Assembly: GCA_905235625.1 (NCBI GenBank)
Contig: CAJOLX010000001.1
Span: 38,587 to 102,586 of the forward strand
Direction: 5' to 3'
Source: an uncultured Clostridia bacterium
GTDB lineage: Bacteria > Bacillota > Clostridia > Oscillospirales > Acutalibacteraceae
DNA: 64,000 nucleotides
Of this stretch, positions 45,012 through 54,940 are shown one piece after another. Both the position numbers and the translations under genes were made by a program. The notes beneath the pieces were generated by a model, which saw nothing but the letters and a program-made list of their open reading frames with translations, searched no databases and had not been told where the DNA came from. The first letter of the stretch is position 1, and each line of letters opens with the position of its first letter.

Positions 45012-47160
45012 AGCTTTCGGGTCCGCCCTCTGGGTCGATTGCCCCGGCGGAGATATTGCTCCGATATTTATAAAAAAATTCTCAGCCGTCAAGGGCGAAA
45101 AAGCCGTTATCACGATCTGCGGTCTCGGCTTTTTTGAGCTTAAAATAAACGGCAGAAGAGTGAGCGGCGATCTTCTCGTTCCCGCCGCGTCAAATTATTC
45201 AAAAAGAGATTTGTCTCTGCTTTCCTATCCTATTTTTGACGAGCTCTCTTACAGAACCTATTTTATGCGCTACGACGTTGCCGATTATCTTAAAGACGGC
45301 GAAAACACTTTGGCCGTTATGCTCGGCACGGGCTATTATCATCAAACGATGAGGCTTGCCGAAGGCAAGGTCGATTACGGCGCGCCGAAGCTTTGCTTTA
45401 ACCTTGAGAAAGAGAGCGGAAACGTTGTTTCGGACGGCTCAGTCCTTTGCAATGAAGGCTATTTCAAGCGCTCCAATCTTTATTACGGCGAGTTTCAGGA
45501 TTTGACCGCCGTGCCGCCCGAGGAAGAGTTCTTCCCCTGCAGGGTGATAGATACTCCCGAAACGGAGTTTGAGCCGAATATCGCTCCGCCCGATAAAGTT
45601 ATCGAAACCATTGACAATATTAAATTTATGGGCTCGCGCGACGGTTTTGATTTTTACGACATAGGTGTAAATACCGTGGGCAGAGCGGTGCTTTCCTGCA
45701 AAAACAAGGGCGAGCATATAAGCGTTTCTTATGCCGAAGAAATCGGCGGTGACGAGGATTACGGAGTCCATTTCAGCGACGAGGGCAGATACATCGATGA
45801 GTTTATTGCCGACGGCAGTGAGAGAGAATATCACTCGCTGTTTTCGTGGCAGGCGTTCAGATATTTAAAGATAAAGGGCGACGCAAAGCCCGTTAGAATT
45901 GAAGTTATTCATTCCGATTGCCCTGTTACGTCCGAATTTGAGTGCAGCAATAAAAATCTCAACGATTTATATAATCTTTTCGTGCACACCCAGCTTTGCA
46001 ATATGCATTCCGGCGTGCCGTCCGATTGCCCTCACAGAGAGCGCCTCGGCTATACGGGCGACGGTCAGCTTTGCTGTGAGAGCGCAATGCTGATGCTCGA
46101 CTGCCGTGATTTTTACCGCAAATGGCTCAATGACATTGCCGATTGCCAGGCGAAAAACAGCGGCCACGTTCAGCACACCGCGCCCCTTATGGGCGGCGGC
46201 GGCGGGCCCTGCGGCTGGGGCGGCGCAATAGTTGAAGTGCCTTACAGATATTATAAAGCATACGGCGATAAAAGTGTTCTTGAGGAGTTCTTCCCCAAAA
46301 TGCTCTTCTATTTTGACTATCTCGAGTCAAGGTCGGATTTCGGGCTCGTTGCGAGAGAGGAGCCGGACGGCTGGTGCCTCGGCGACTGGCTGCCGCCTAA
46401 ACCCATTCAGGTGCCCGAAGCGTTCGTTAATTCCTGCCTTTACGTCGGCTTTATTGACAGAGTTATTGAGATAGCCGGCATAATCGGCAAAGAGGATGAG
46501 GTAAAAGACCTTCCCGAACGCAGAGACAGAATAAAAGCGGCGGTAAACGCTGCTTATTACAGCTTTCAGCAGAGAAGCTACTGCGGCGACATTGACGGAG
46601 CGTCTTCAATAGCCCTCGCAAACGGTTTTGACGACAGCGACGTTAAAGATAAGCTCGTCAAAAAATATAAAGAGCTCGGCACCTTTGACACCGGCATAAT
46701 CGCAACGCCCGCTTTAATTGATTATCTTTTCTCTGCCGGGGAAGACGAGCTTGCCGTTTCTCTGCTCGCGAATGACGGCGACGCATCTTTTGCCCGAATG
46801 GTGAGAGGCGGCGCAACGACCCTTTGGGAAAACTGGAACGGCAGGTCATCGAGAAATCATCCGATGTTCGGCGCGGTTTCAAAATATCTGTTTACAAAGA
46901 TTTTAGGCATCGGCCAATCGGAGAAAAGCGCGGGATATGAAGAAATCGTCATTTCGCCGAGAATTGTTTCGTCGATCGACTTCGCAAAGGGCAAAATCAG
47001 CGCTCCAAAAGGCGACGTTGCCGTTTCTTATGAGAAAAAAGACGGCTTTATCGAGTTTGATTTAAGCGTTCCGAGCGGCGTAAACGCAAAATTTAAATGC
47101 GCCGATACGGATGAAATTTTCACCGGCAAAAAAACTTTCAGAGTGAAGGATAAAGTATGA
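44998..47160 (+). CDS. GH78-family alpha-L-rhamnosidase-like glycoside hydrolase
   Basis: ..GVPSDCPHRERLGYTGDGQ.. signature; start taken at the second ATG (44998), 9 nt after GGAGG. Confidence 0.75.
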   Translation: MNQSEAFGSALWVDCPGGDIAPIFIKKFSAVKGEKAVITICGLGFFELKINGRRVSGDLLVPAASNYSKRDLSLLSYPIFDELSYRTYFMRYDVADYLKDGENTLAVMLGTGYYHQTMRLAEGKVDYGAPKLCFNLEKESGNVVSDGSVLCNEGYFKRSNLYYGEFQDLTAVPPEEEFFPCRVIDTPETEFEPNIAPPDKVIETIDNIKFMGSRDGFDFYDIGVNTVGRAVLSCKNKGEHISVSYAEEIGGDEDYGVHFSDEGRYIDEFIADGSEREYHSLFSWQAFRYLKIKGDAKPVRIEVIHSDCPVTSEFECSNKNLNDLYNLFVHTQLCNMHSGVPSDCPHRERLGYTGDGQLCCESAMLMLDCRDFYRKWLNDIADCQAKNSGHVQHTAPLMGGGGGPCGWGGAIVEVPYRYYKAYGDKSVLEEFFPKMLFYFDYLESRSDFGLVAREEPDGWCLGDWLPPKPIQVPEAFVNSCLYVGFIDRVIEIAGIIGKEDEVKDLPERRDRIKAAVNAAYYSFQQRSYCGDIDGASSIALANGFDDSDVKDKLVKKYKELGTFDTGIIATPALIDYLFSAGEDELAVSLLANDGDASFARMVRGGATTLWENWNGRSSRNHPMFGAVSKYLFTKILGIGQSEKSAGYEEIVISPRIVSSIDFAKGKISAPKGDVAVSYEKKDGFIEFDLSVPSGVNAKFKCADTDEIFTGKKTFRVKDKV

Positions 47161-48134
47161 AATACGGAATTATCGGCACAAGCTGGATATCGTCTTCTTT
47201 CATAGAGGGCGCAAAAAAACTGTGCGGCGCGGAAATTGCGGCTGTTTATTCGAGAACGAAAGAGAGCGGCGGCGCCTTTGCCCAAAAGCATTCTATCCCT
47301 CTTGTTTATACGGACCTCGACGAGTTCGCGAAGGGCGATTTTGAGGCGGTTTATATCGCGAGCCCGAATCTCCTTCACTGCGAGCATTCTCTCAAAATGC
47401 TCTCGGCGGGCAAGCACGTTATCTGCGAAAAGCCTCTCGCGGCGTCGCCCGAAGAGATTATACTTTGCCAAAATAAGGCGAAAGAGCTCGGTCTCATTTA
47501 TACCGAGGCCATAATGTATATGCACTCGCCTCAAAGAGATGTTCTCAGAAACGCTCTGCCCATGCTCGGCAACATTTCGAGCGCCCACTTTGATTTTTCA
47601 CAGCTTTCGTCAAAATACGAGGCTTACAAGAGGGGAGAAACGCCCAATATTTTTAACCCCGCTCTGGCTACGGGCTGCCTTAACGACCTCGGTGTTTACT
47701 GCGTTTACCCCGCCGTTGACCTTTTCGGCATGCCAAAGAGCATTAAAGCCGACGCCGTGTTTTTGAGAACGGGCGCTGACGGCAGCGGAAACGCTTCTCT
47801 CAATTACGGCGATAAGCTCGTTACTTTAACTTACTCCAAAACCGGGCAGGATCACGCAGGCTCGTTCATTTACGGTGACGAAGGCACGATAGTAATCGAA
47901 TCCGTTTCGAAGCTGATAAACGCTGATTTCATCGCGAAAGACGGCTCAAAAACCGAACTTTGCCCCTATATTGAAAAGGATGAAATAATGGGCTATGAAG
48001 CCCGGGAATTTGAAGAATTCATTTCTTCTCAGGGCGGCGAAAAATATTCTCTTTGCTCCGAAATGTCGCTTGCGGTCGGCAAGGTGATGGAAACAATAAG
48101 AAACATATCTAAAACGGAGGGCTCGTATGCTTAA
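47157..48134 (+). CDS. Gfo/Idh/MocA-family oxidoreductase
   Basis: 325 aa; N-terminal Rossmann MKYGIIGTSWIS..; ..EKPLA.. motif; ATGA overlap with the upstream gene. Confidence 0.8.
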   Translation: MKYGIIGTSWISSSFIEGAKKLCGAEIAAVYSRTKESGGAFAQKHSIPLVYTDLDEFAKGDFEAVYIASPNLLHCEHSLKMLSAGKHVICEKPLAASPEEIILCQNKAKELGLIYTEAIMYMHSPQRDVLRNALPMLGNISSAHFDFSQLSSKYEAYKRGETPNIFNPALATGCLNDLGVYCVYPAVDLFGMPKSIKADAVFLRTGADGSGNASLNYGDKLVTLTYSKTGQDHAGSFIYGDEGTIVIESVSKLINADFIAKDGSKTELCPYIEKDEIMGYEAREFEEFISSQGGEKYSLCSEMSLAVGKVMETIRNISKTEGSYA

Positions 48135-48738
48135 CTATTATATGTCGCATCCTCTTTACGCGGTAATAATCATCGCTTTGCTGCTTCTGTCTTTGTTCGT
48201 GCTTTTCAAAGCCGTTAAATCCGGCTCCGAAAGAAGCCGCAAAGTAAATGAGCTTATGGAAAAGATGAAGAAGGATAACGAGCTGCTCAATAAATACGCC
48301 ATTCTCACCGAAGACGTTATTTCGGAGTCGGAGCCCGAAGAGCTTTTTCACGGCGTAGGCTTGAATCTTCAAAAAAAGGTTTCGGATAATCCGGATATGC
48401 TCTCGGAATTCAATTTGTTTAACGACAGCCGCAAATATATTTATTCCCTCTTCACCTTCTTTGAAGACGCCGGGGAGGGCATGAGCGCGTTCTTTTCGGC
48501 AAACACGAAGCCTTTGACGCATTACGCCGCCGAAGCGGTTCGCCTTATTTTCCCCGATGACGTCAAAGAGGCTTTTCTTAACGAATATGACGCAACGGAC
48601 GAAGACAACGAGCAGGTTTCATACGACAAAGAAAAAATGGAAGAATGGGATAAAAAAGCAGCGCCGTCCATTGAGGACGGCACTCTGAAAAAGCTTTGCG
48701 GCGAGTATATAAAATCTCACCCGGACTGCTTTATTTGA
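48127..48738 (+). CDS. hypothetical protein with N-terminal TM helix
   Basis: 203 aa; LYAVIIIALLLLSLFVLF helix; RBS GGAGGG; no family recognised. Confidence 0.5.
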   Translation: MLNYYMSHPLYAVIIIALLLLSLFVLFKAVKSGSERSRKVNELMEKMKKDNELLNKYAILTEDVISESEPEELFHGVGLNLQKKVSDNPDMLSEFNLFNDSRKYIYSLFTFFEDAGEGMSAFFSANTKPLTHYAAEAVRLIFPDDVKEAFLNEYDATDEDNEQVSYDKEKMEEWDKKAAPSIEDGTLKKLCGEYIKSHPDCFI

Positions 48739-49555
48739 TAAGCTCTTTGTAAATATCTCCCTTTTTAAATCCGCTTTCCTTTGCCGCTTTTTTGGCGGCG
48801 TCGGATCTGCTTTCACCGCCCTTGACAAGCTCGAGGGCGTATTTTATTGCCTGCTCGTAAGTCATGGCGTCTTCTTCGCCTTTTTCCCTGCCTTTAATGA
48901 TGATAACGTATTCGCCCTTTGGCTCGCTTTCGCCGAATACAGAGGCGGCGTTTTCAAGGCTTGTGAGAATTACCTGCTCGTGAATTTTTGTAAGCTCCTT
49001 AACGAGGGCTATCTCACGGTTTCCTATTTCATCGTAAAGCTCCGAGAGAGTTTTGAGCAGCCTGTGAGGCGCTTCGTAAAAAATTACCGTTCTTTCTTCT
49101 TCGGCAACCGATTCAAAAACTTCTTTTCGCTCGGCTTTGTCACGGGGAGGGAAGCCCTCAAATATAAACCTTCTTGACGGCATGCCCGAAACGGCAAGAG
49201 CGGTTGTGAATGCGCACGGGCCCGGCACCGCTTCAACCTCGATCCCTTTTTCGCGGCAAAGTCTGACAAGATCTTCGCCGGGGTCGGATATCGCCGGCAT
49301 ACCGGCGTCCGTAACGAGCGCGCAGGTTTCGCCTGAAGAGAGCCTTGCGGCTATAGCTTCTCCGCTTTCCGCTTTGTTGTGCTCGTGGTAGCTGACAAGC
49401 GGCTTTTTTATTTCAAATCTGTTGAGCAGTTTCAGAGTCACTCTCGTGTCTTCCGCGGCTATGAAATCGCAATCGCTCAAGGTTTGCAGCGCTCGCTCCG
49501 ATATGTCGCCGAGGTTGCCTATGGGAGTGCCCACAACGTAAAGCTTGCCGCTCAT
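48731..49555 (-). CDS. rsmI: 16S rRNA (cytidine1402-2'-O)-methyltransferase
   Basis: ..GKLYVVGTPIGNLGDISERAL..LSDCDFIAAEDTR..; ATG 49555 preferred over the TTG at 49561. Confidence 0.88.
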   Translation of the reverse strand: MSGKLYVVGTPIGNLGDISERALQTLSDCDFIAAEDTRVTLKLLNRFEIKKPLVSYHEHNKAESGEAIAARLSSGETCALVTDAGMPAISDPGEDLVRLCREKGIEVEAVPGPCAFTTALAVSGMPSRRFIFEGFPPRDKAERKEVFESVAEEERTVIFYEAPHRLLKTLSELYDEIGNREIALVKELTKIHEQVILTSLENAASVFGESEPKGEYVIIIKGREKGEEDAMTYEQAIKYALELVKGGESRSDAAKKAAKESGFKKGDIYKELIK

Positions 49556-49557
49556 AA

Positions 49558-50295
49558 TCAATCACCCCTGTTTTCCAAAAGATAATCGCCGTAAATCATT
49601 TTCATTTCGTCGGAATATTCTCCGCCGGGGCCGTAAACGTAAAGCTCGTTTTCAACCTTTAGAGAGCTTTTTGCCCCTCTTTTGCCCTCAACGAGAGCAA
49701 GCCACGGGGCTTTGCCCGGATATTTTGACACGAGCCTCAGCCTTTTGGGCTCAATGCCGTTTTTGCTCATGGTTACAAAAAGCTCGCTGAGCCTTTCGGG
49801 CCTTATGCAGGCGCAAAATCTGCCGCCGAAATTTAAGAGATGCGCAGCGCATTCGCACATGTCGTTAAGAGTGCACATCGTGTCGTGCCTCGCGATTTTA
49901 TCAGCGTCCGATTTGCTTATAATTCCCGCTCCGCTCGCTTTGTATGGCGGATTCATCGTCACAAGGTCAAAATGGCCGAACGGCACTGCGCCTTTCAAAT
50001 TTCTTAAATCGGCGCAAACCGCGGTGAGCCTATCCTCAAGCGAATTAAATTCTATCGCCTCGTCTATCTGCCTTGCCGCCTGCTCCTGTATTTCAACCGC
50101 GGTTATATGCCCCGTTTCTCCCTTGCACCAGAGCAGGGGAATAATTCCGCAGCCCGAGCCCAAGTCACAGCAAACGGTTTTTGATTTCGGAGCCGCAAAA
50201 TGAGCGAGAAGCACGGCGTCCGTGCCGAAGGTGTGGTCATCGGACACAAAGCAGGTAATTCCCGCGCCGAGATATTCTTTTTTGAATTCGCTCAT
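49558..50295 (-). CDS. SAM-dependent N6-adenine methyltransferase, tRNA1(Val) m6A37 (YfiC/TrmN6)-like
   Basis: 245 aa; ..DLGSGCGI.. SAM motif and ..MNPPY.. catalytic motif. Confidence 0.75.
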   Translation of the reverse strand: MSEFKKEYLGAGITCFVSDDHTFGTDAVLLAHFAAPKSKTVCCDLGSGCGIIPLLWCKGETGHITAVEIQEQAARQIDEAIEFNSLEDRLTAVCADLRNLKGAVPFGHFDLVTMNPPYKASGAGIISKSDADKIARHDTMCTLNDMCECAAHLLNFGGRFCACIRPERLSELFVTMSKNGIEPKRLRLVSKYPGKAPWLALVEGKRGAKSSLKVENELYVYGPGGEYSDEMKMIYGDYLLENRGD

Positions 50296-50467
50296 TTCAT
50301 CATCTCCTTTTATGAAATGATACCATTAAAGGGCGCAAAAGTAAAGCGCGTGAGCTTTTTAAATGCTTCTTTAAATAAAATTTGCCTTAAATGAGTCAAT
50401 CTCTATTGCTTTTTTACCTGTAATAATATAGAATAAAAAGAAATACGGCTGATAAGCGGGTGATTAA

Positions 50468-51931
50468 ATGAGCGCATCCAATAAACTCGGCAAAGGTATG
50501 AAATTTTTAAGCGTCATTCTCGGAGCTTTGCTCATGGGATTTTTGTGGCGCGCAAGAGGCACTCACGGCTTCGGCTCATTTTGGGGAGTAGCCATAGTCG
50601 GCAGTGTTTTCACTCTGTTGATTTTTGCTGTTTACGGCAACAGGAGCAAAATGAAGTTTGAGCTCATGCCGATGGGCGCTCTGCTTTGCGGAATTACCGT
50701 GCCCGCCTGGGGCTGCGTTATTTCCATGCCGGGCTCGGTCATAAGAAGCGTAGTTCCGTTTTCGGGCGAAGCGGAAGAAACTTTTTCGTCCGTAGGCGGC
50801 GGCAGAGGCACCGTTATGATGCTGCTTCTCGGCTTTTCTCTCCTGTGCGTTTATTCCGTGTATATCGGCACTCTCTTTTCAAGGAGAGAATATAAATTTT
50901 GGCACTACGCCGTTTTTTGCGCCGTTTTTTTGGCGGCGGGAGCCATAGCGAAAGCGACCTTCTCCCATTCTCTTATGAATTTGCTCGCTCCCGAGGTTAC
51001 GGACGGCTTCAAAAAAGGTCTTGCCGATATCGGCTTTGAAGGCGGCGCGAGGCAGGCTTATTTAGAGCATATGGGCTCTATGTCCTGGGGCAAAAAAGTG
51101 CCCTTCGGCAGATATTATTTTGAATGCGTTGAGCATATCTCCTTCGCTTTTTCGGCGCTCGTGCTTATTCTTACGGCGCTCATCGCTTTCAGAGATAAAA
51201 TCACGGCGTGCGTTGCTCTGCTCATTAACCTTGTGTGCGCCGTTTCGATAACTCTTGCCGATTATTTTCAGATTTGCAATTACAAAACGGGATTTATTTC
51301 TTCGCTTAACGTTCCGTCATATCTTCGCATAACCTCCTGGTCGCTCTGGGAGTTTACCACCGGATTTTTAATGGGCTTCGGCATTATGCTGATTATCGCC
51401 CTTTTGCCCAATGAGCTCACAGCCGGCAAAAAATACAGAAGCGAGCCTTTCATCAACAACAAGGCGCTGAGATACGTTATAAACCTTTTGCTCATAACGT
51501 TCGCCTACGTTCTTCTTCCCGTAAGGGCTCTTTGCATGAGAGTTTTCAGAACGCTCGAAGACAGGCAGATTCTTTCCGACATCGACCTTATTGAAATTGT
51601 TTGCATCGCGGTCATTACCGCCGCCGTTTTCGTCGTTCTTGCCGTTAAGCTCAAAAAGAATATTCTCGACAAAAACCTGCCCGTACCCTTCAAAATGAAG
51701 CCCTGCGATTTCGCGGCTAAAGCGCTTCTTTGGTTCTCGATTTACTATATCGTCCTTTATTTCTTCACTCTCGAAGCTTCAATTCCCACGTTTATCTACA
51801 GAATAGTCAAATCCCCGTCGAACGTGGTGGATATGACAGGGATTGAGTATTTTTACGTTTATTTAATTGACGCTCTGCTCTTTGAAATTATCTATATTCC
51901 TTCAAAAAGACGGCTTTCCTCACGTCGCTGA
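50468..51931 (+). CDS. hypothetical polytopic membrane protein
   Basis: 487 aa with about 12 hydrophobic segments; no family recognised. Confidence 0.5.
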   Translation: MSASNKLGKGMKFLSVILGALLMGFLWRARGTHGFGSFWGVAIVGSVFTLLIFAVYGNRSKMKFELMPMGALLCGITVPAWGCVISMPGSVIRSVVPFSGEAEETFSSVGGGRGTVMMLLLGFSLLCVYSVYIGTLFSRREYKFWHYAVFCAVFLAAGAIAKATFSHSLMNLLAPEVTDGFKKGLADIGFEGGARQAYLEHMGSMSWGKKVPFGRYYFECVEHISFAFSALVLILTALIAFRDKITACVALLINLVCAVSITLADYFQICNYKTGFISSLNVPSYLRITSWSLWEFTTGFLMGFGIMLIIALLPNELTAGKKYRSEPFINNKALRYVINLLLITFAYVLLPVRALCMRVFRTLEDRQILSDIDLIEIVCIAVITAAVFVVLAVKLKKNILDKNLPVPFKMKPCDFAAKALLWFSIYYIVLYFFTLEASIPTFIYRIVKSPSNVVDMTGIEYFYVYLIDALLFEIIYIPSKRRLSSRR

Positions 51932-52556
51932 CGCTGAAGGCTATAAAATCCGCTCCGCTTTCGAGCAGCTCTTCCGCAGTGCCGTAACCGTAGGCGGCGC
52001 CTATGCTTTTTATTCCGGCCTGCGACGCGCCCTCGATATCGAGGTATCTGTCGCCTACCATTATTGCCTTGTCCTTGTTGACGTTCAGCTTTTTAAGCGC
52101 GGACGATATCAGCTCGTATTTGCTTCTTTTTATATTATCGTCCGTAGGGCAGGAGAGCAGGGTGAAATATTCGCTTAAACCGAGCTTTTCGATAATTTGT
52201 TTAACGAATTTTTCGGGCTTTGAAGACGCTATCACGGTTTTAATTCCGCTTTCGTGAATTTCACGCAGCAGTTCTTCCATTCCGTCATAGAGCTTTAAGT
52301 CAAACATTGCCCCGGCAACGTAGCATTCCCTATATTTTGCTATTGCCGTTTTAATGTCTTCATCGCTTGTAAGACCCAGCAGCATTCTGAAAGAGTCATA
52401 AAGCGGAGGGCCCACGAACGCCTTGCGCTGCTCATCGTTTAAACGGGGCTTTTTAAAATATTCGCACGCGTAATCCGCGCATTTTCCTATTCCTTCCCCC
52501 GTGTCGGCGAGAGTGCCGTCAAAATCAAAAAGCACTGCTTCAAAATCAGATTTCAT
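51888..52556 (-). CDS. HAD-superfamily hydrolase (phosphoglycolate phosphatase/PpaX-like)
   Basis: Start MKSDFEAVLFDFDGTLADT (ATG 52556); ..VGDRYLDIEGA.. Confidence 0.8.
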   Translation of the reverse strand: MKSDFEAVLFDFDGTLADTGEGIGKCADYACEYFKKPRLNDEQRKAFVGPPLYDSFRMLLGLTSDEDIKTAIAKYRECYVAGAMFDLKLYDGMEELLREIHESGIKTVIASSKPEKFVKQIIEKLGLSEYFTLLSCPTDDNIKRSKYELISSALKKLNVNKDKAIMVGDRYLDIEGASQAGIKSIGAAYGYGTAEELLESGADFIAFSVSDVRKAVFLKEYR

Positions 52557-52628
52557 TGTCGTTACCTCAAAGGTTATTTTTAAGCAGTATAACATAATTT
52601 ACATTCTTATTCAAGAAAGGTGTTTCAC

Positions 52629-53810
52629 ATGGATTATCAATTTTCATCGGGAATTTCATCTCTCAGGCCCTCGGCTATCAGAGAGATTTTGAAAAATTCG
52701 GGCGATTCTATTCCTCTTTCCGCAGGCAATCCCGCTCCCGACGCTTTCCCCGTAAGCGACGTTCAGCGCATTGCAAATCAGGTGCTCGAAGAGGAGCCCA
52801 TTCTTGCTCTTCAATACGGCATAACCGAAGGTTACGCGCCTCTTATAAATGAAATAACGAATATAGCTCACAGCCGTTACGGCGTAGGCTCCGATAACGA
52901 CGGCGTAATAGTCGTGAGCGGCGCTCAGCAGGTAATGAGCCTTCTCAGCCACGTTTTTGTCAACAACGGCGACACGATAATCTGCGAGGAGCCCGCGTTT
53001 ATCGGCGCTCTCAACTGTTTCAGAGCGTTCGGAGCAAAGCTCGTCGGCGTGCCGGTAGAGGGCGACGGAATGAACGTTGACGTTCTCGAGGAAAAGCTCA
53101 AATCCGAAAAGAACGTTAGATTTATTTACACCATTCCCAATTTTCAAAATCCCGCAGGCGCCACCATGAGCCTTGAAAAGAGAAAAAGAGTTTACGAGCT
53201 CGCGAAGAAATACGGCGTGCTCGTGCTTGAGGATAACCCCTACGGCGACCTGAGAGTTTCGGGCGAAGACCTCCCCGCGATAAAGAGCTTTGACACCGAG
53301 GGCCTCGTCGTTTACTCCGGCTCTTTCTCAAAGATTATCGCTCCCGGCATAAGAATAGGCTTCACCGTTGCGCCAAAAGAAATAATCGCCAAGATGACTG
53401 TCGCGAAGCAGACTCAAGACGTTCACACGCCCATGCTCACTCAGCTCATCGTTTACAGATGGCTCAAGGAAGGCAACCTTGACCCTCACATCGAAAAAAT
53501 CAGAGGGATTTACCGCAGAAAGCTCAATCTTATGTGCGACACGATGGATGAGTATCTCACCGATTATTTAACGTTTTTAAGGCCCGAGGGCGGACTCTTT
53601 GTGTGGGCAGAGATGAACGAAGGCATAGATATGCTTTCATTCGTGAAGAATGCCTCCGCAAACGGCGTTTCGGTTGTGCCCGGCAACGCTTTTCTGACCG
53701 ACGGCAGCGCTCCCTGCGATTATATCCGTCTTAACTTCTCAACGCCTTCCGACGAAGATATAGTCAAAGGCATTAAGCTGCTCGCTCAAACGGCAAAGGA
53801 AATGAGGTAA
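52629..53810 (+). CDS. PLP-dependent class I/II aminotransferase
   Basis: ..NPAGATMS.., ..SGSFSKIIAPGIRIGF.. (PLP lysine); ATG 52629 sits 8 nt after AGAAAGG. Confidence 0.8.
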   Translation: MDYQFSSGISSLRPSAIREILKNSGDSIPLSAGNPAPDAFPVSDVQRIANQVLEEEPILALQYGITEGYAPLINEITNIAHSRYGVGSDNDGVIVVSGAQQVMSLLSHVFVNNGDTIICEEPAFIGALNCFRAFGAKLVGVPVEGDGMNVDVLEEKLKSEKNVRFIYTIPNFQNPAGATMSLEKRKRVYELAKKYGVLVLEDNPYGDLRVSGEDLPAIKSFDTEGLVVYSGSFSKIIAPGIRIGFTVAPKEIIAKMTVAKQTQDVHTPMLTQLIVYRWLKEGNLDPHIEKIRGIYRRKLNLMCDTMDEYLTDYLTFLRPEGGLFVWAEMNEGIDMLSFVKNASANGVSVVPGNAFLTDGSAPCDYIRLNFSTPSDEDIVKGIKLLAQTAKEMR

Positions 53811-53814
53811 AATA

Positions 53815-54822
53815 ATGGAAAATAATGAACGCAGACCCGTGGTGCTCAGCTGCATCCAGCCCACTTCAATACCCACTTTAGGCAATTATCTCGGGGCTTT
53901 AAAAAATTGGAAAGCCATGAGCGACGATAACGACTGCATTTTTGCCGTCGCCGACCTTCACGCTCTCACCATTCATCCCGAGCCCGCGAAGCTCAGGCAG
54001 CAGAGCCTTGAAATGTACGCTATTCTGCTCGCTATGGGCCTTGACCCCGAGAAGAATATAATGTTTATTCAGAGCCACGTTCCCGCTCACACCCAGCTTG
54101 CGTGGATTCTTAACTGCTACACGCAGTTCGGCGAAGCGTCAAGAATGACTCAGTTCAAAGAGAAATCTTTAAAGCATTCCGATAACGTTAACGTGGGCCT
54201 TTTCGACTATCCCGTTTTAATGGCAGCCGACATTCTGCTTTATCAGGCGAATTTCGTGCCCGTAGGCGCTGACCAGAAGCAGCATCTCGAAATATGCAGG
54301 GATATTGCCGACAGATTTAATAATTTAAGAGGGGAGACCTTCACTTTGCCCGAGCCTTATATCGGCAAAACGGGCGCCAAGGTAATGAGCCTTCAGGACC
54401 CCACTCAGAAGATGTCCAAGAGCGACGTTAACCCCAAAGCGACCGTTTCCATTCTTGACACTCCCGACGTGATTATGAAGAAATTCAAATCCGCCGTTAC
54501 GGATTCCGAATCCTGCGTGAGATACGCCGAGGGCAAAGACGGCATAAACAACCTCATGACCATTTATTCCTGCTGCACCGGTCTCGATTACGACAAGATC
54601 GAGAGCGAATTTGCAGGCAAGGGCTACGGCGATTTCAAAGCCGCCGTCGCTGAGGCTGTTATTGAGGAGCTCAGACCCGTAAGAGAAAATTTCGATAAAT
54701 ATATCTCCGACAAGGCTTCTCTTATGAGCGCCGCGGCGGACGGCGCAGAGAGAGCGGGCAGAATTGCAAACCGCACTCTCAGAAAGGTTATGAAAAAAAC
54801 GGGGCTTGTAATGCCCGAATAA
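53815..54822 (+). CDS. trpS: tryptophan--tRNA ligase
   Basis: 335 aa; ..IQPTSIPTLGNYLGA.. (HIGH-like region), ..KMSKS.. Confidence 0.92.
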   Translation: MENNERRPVVLSCIQPTSIPTLGNYLGALKNWKAMSDDNDCIFAVADLHALTIHPEPAKLRQQSLEMYAILLAMGLDPEKNIMFIQSHVPAHTQLAWILNCYTQFGEASRMTQFKEKSLKHSDNVNVGLFDYPVLMAADILLYQANFVPVGADQKQHLEICRDIADRFNNLRGETFTLPEPYIGKTGAKVMSLQDPTQKMSKSDVNPKATVSILDTPDVIMKKFKSAVTDSESCVRYAEGKDGINNLMTIYSCCTGLDYDKIESEFAGKGYGDFKAAVAEAVIEELRPVRENFDKYISDKASLMSAAADGAERAGRIANRTLRKVMKKTGLVMPE

Positions 54823-54850
54823 TGCATTTTGCGTATAATTTGCAATAAAT

Positions 54851-54921
54851 TATGAATAAAATACATAAATTGCTTGACAAATACGCATAAACAATGTATA
54901 ATCACTGCATAAATTATCATT
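54851..54921 (+). promoter_or_regulatory. argG promoter flanked by ARG-box-like operators
   Basis: TATGAATAAAATACATAA (54851-54868) and ACTGCATAAATTATCATT (54904-54921) resemble the ARG box TNTGAATWWWWATTCANW. Promoter: TTGACA (54874-54879), 17 nt, TATAAT (54897-54902). Confidence 0.55.
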
Positions 54922-54940
54922 TTGAAAGAAGGACTCTCCG

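Noticed and set aside
52557-52628. T-box or other leader upstream of the aminotransferase-trpS unit.
   Set aside because: The region is only about 70 nt and is shared with a divergent gene. No specifier hairpin or T-box sequence (AGAGA..UGGNACC-like) is present.
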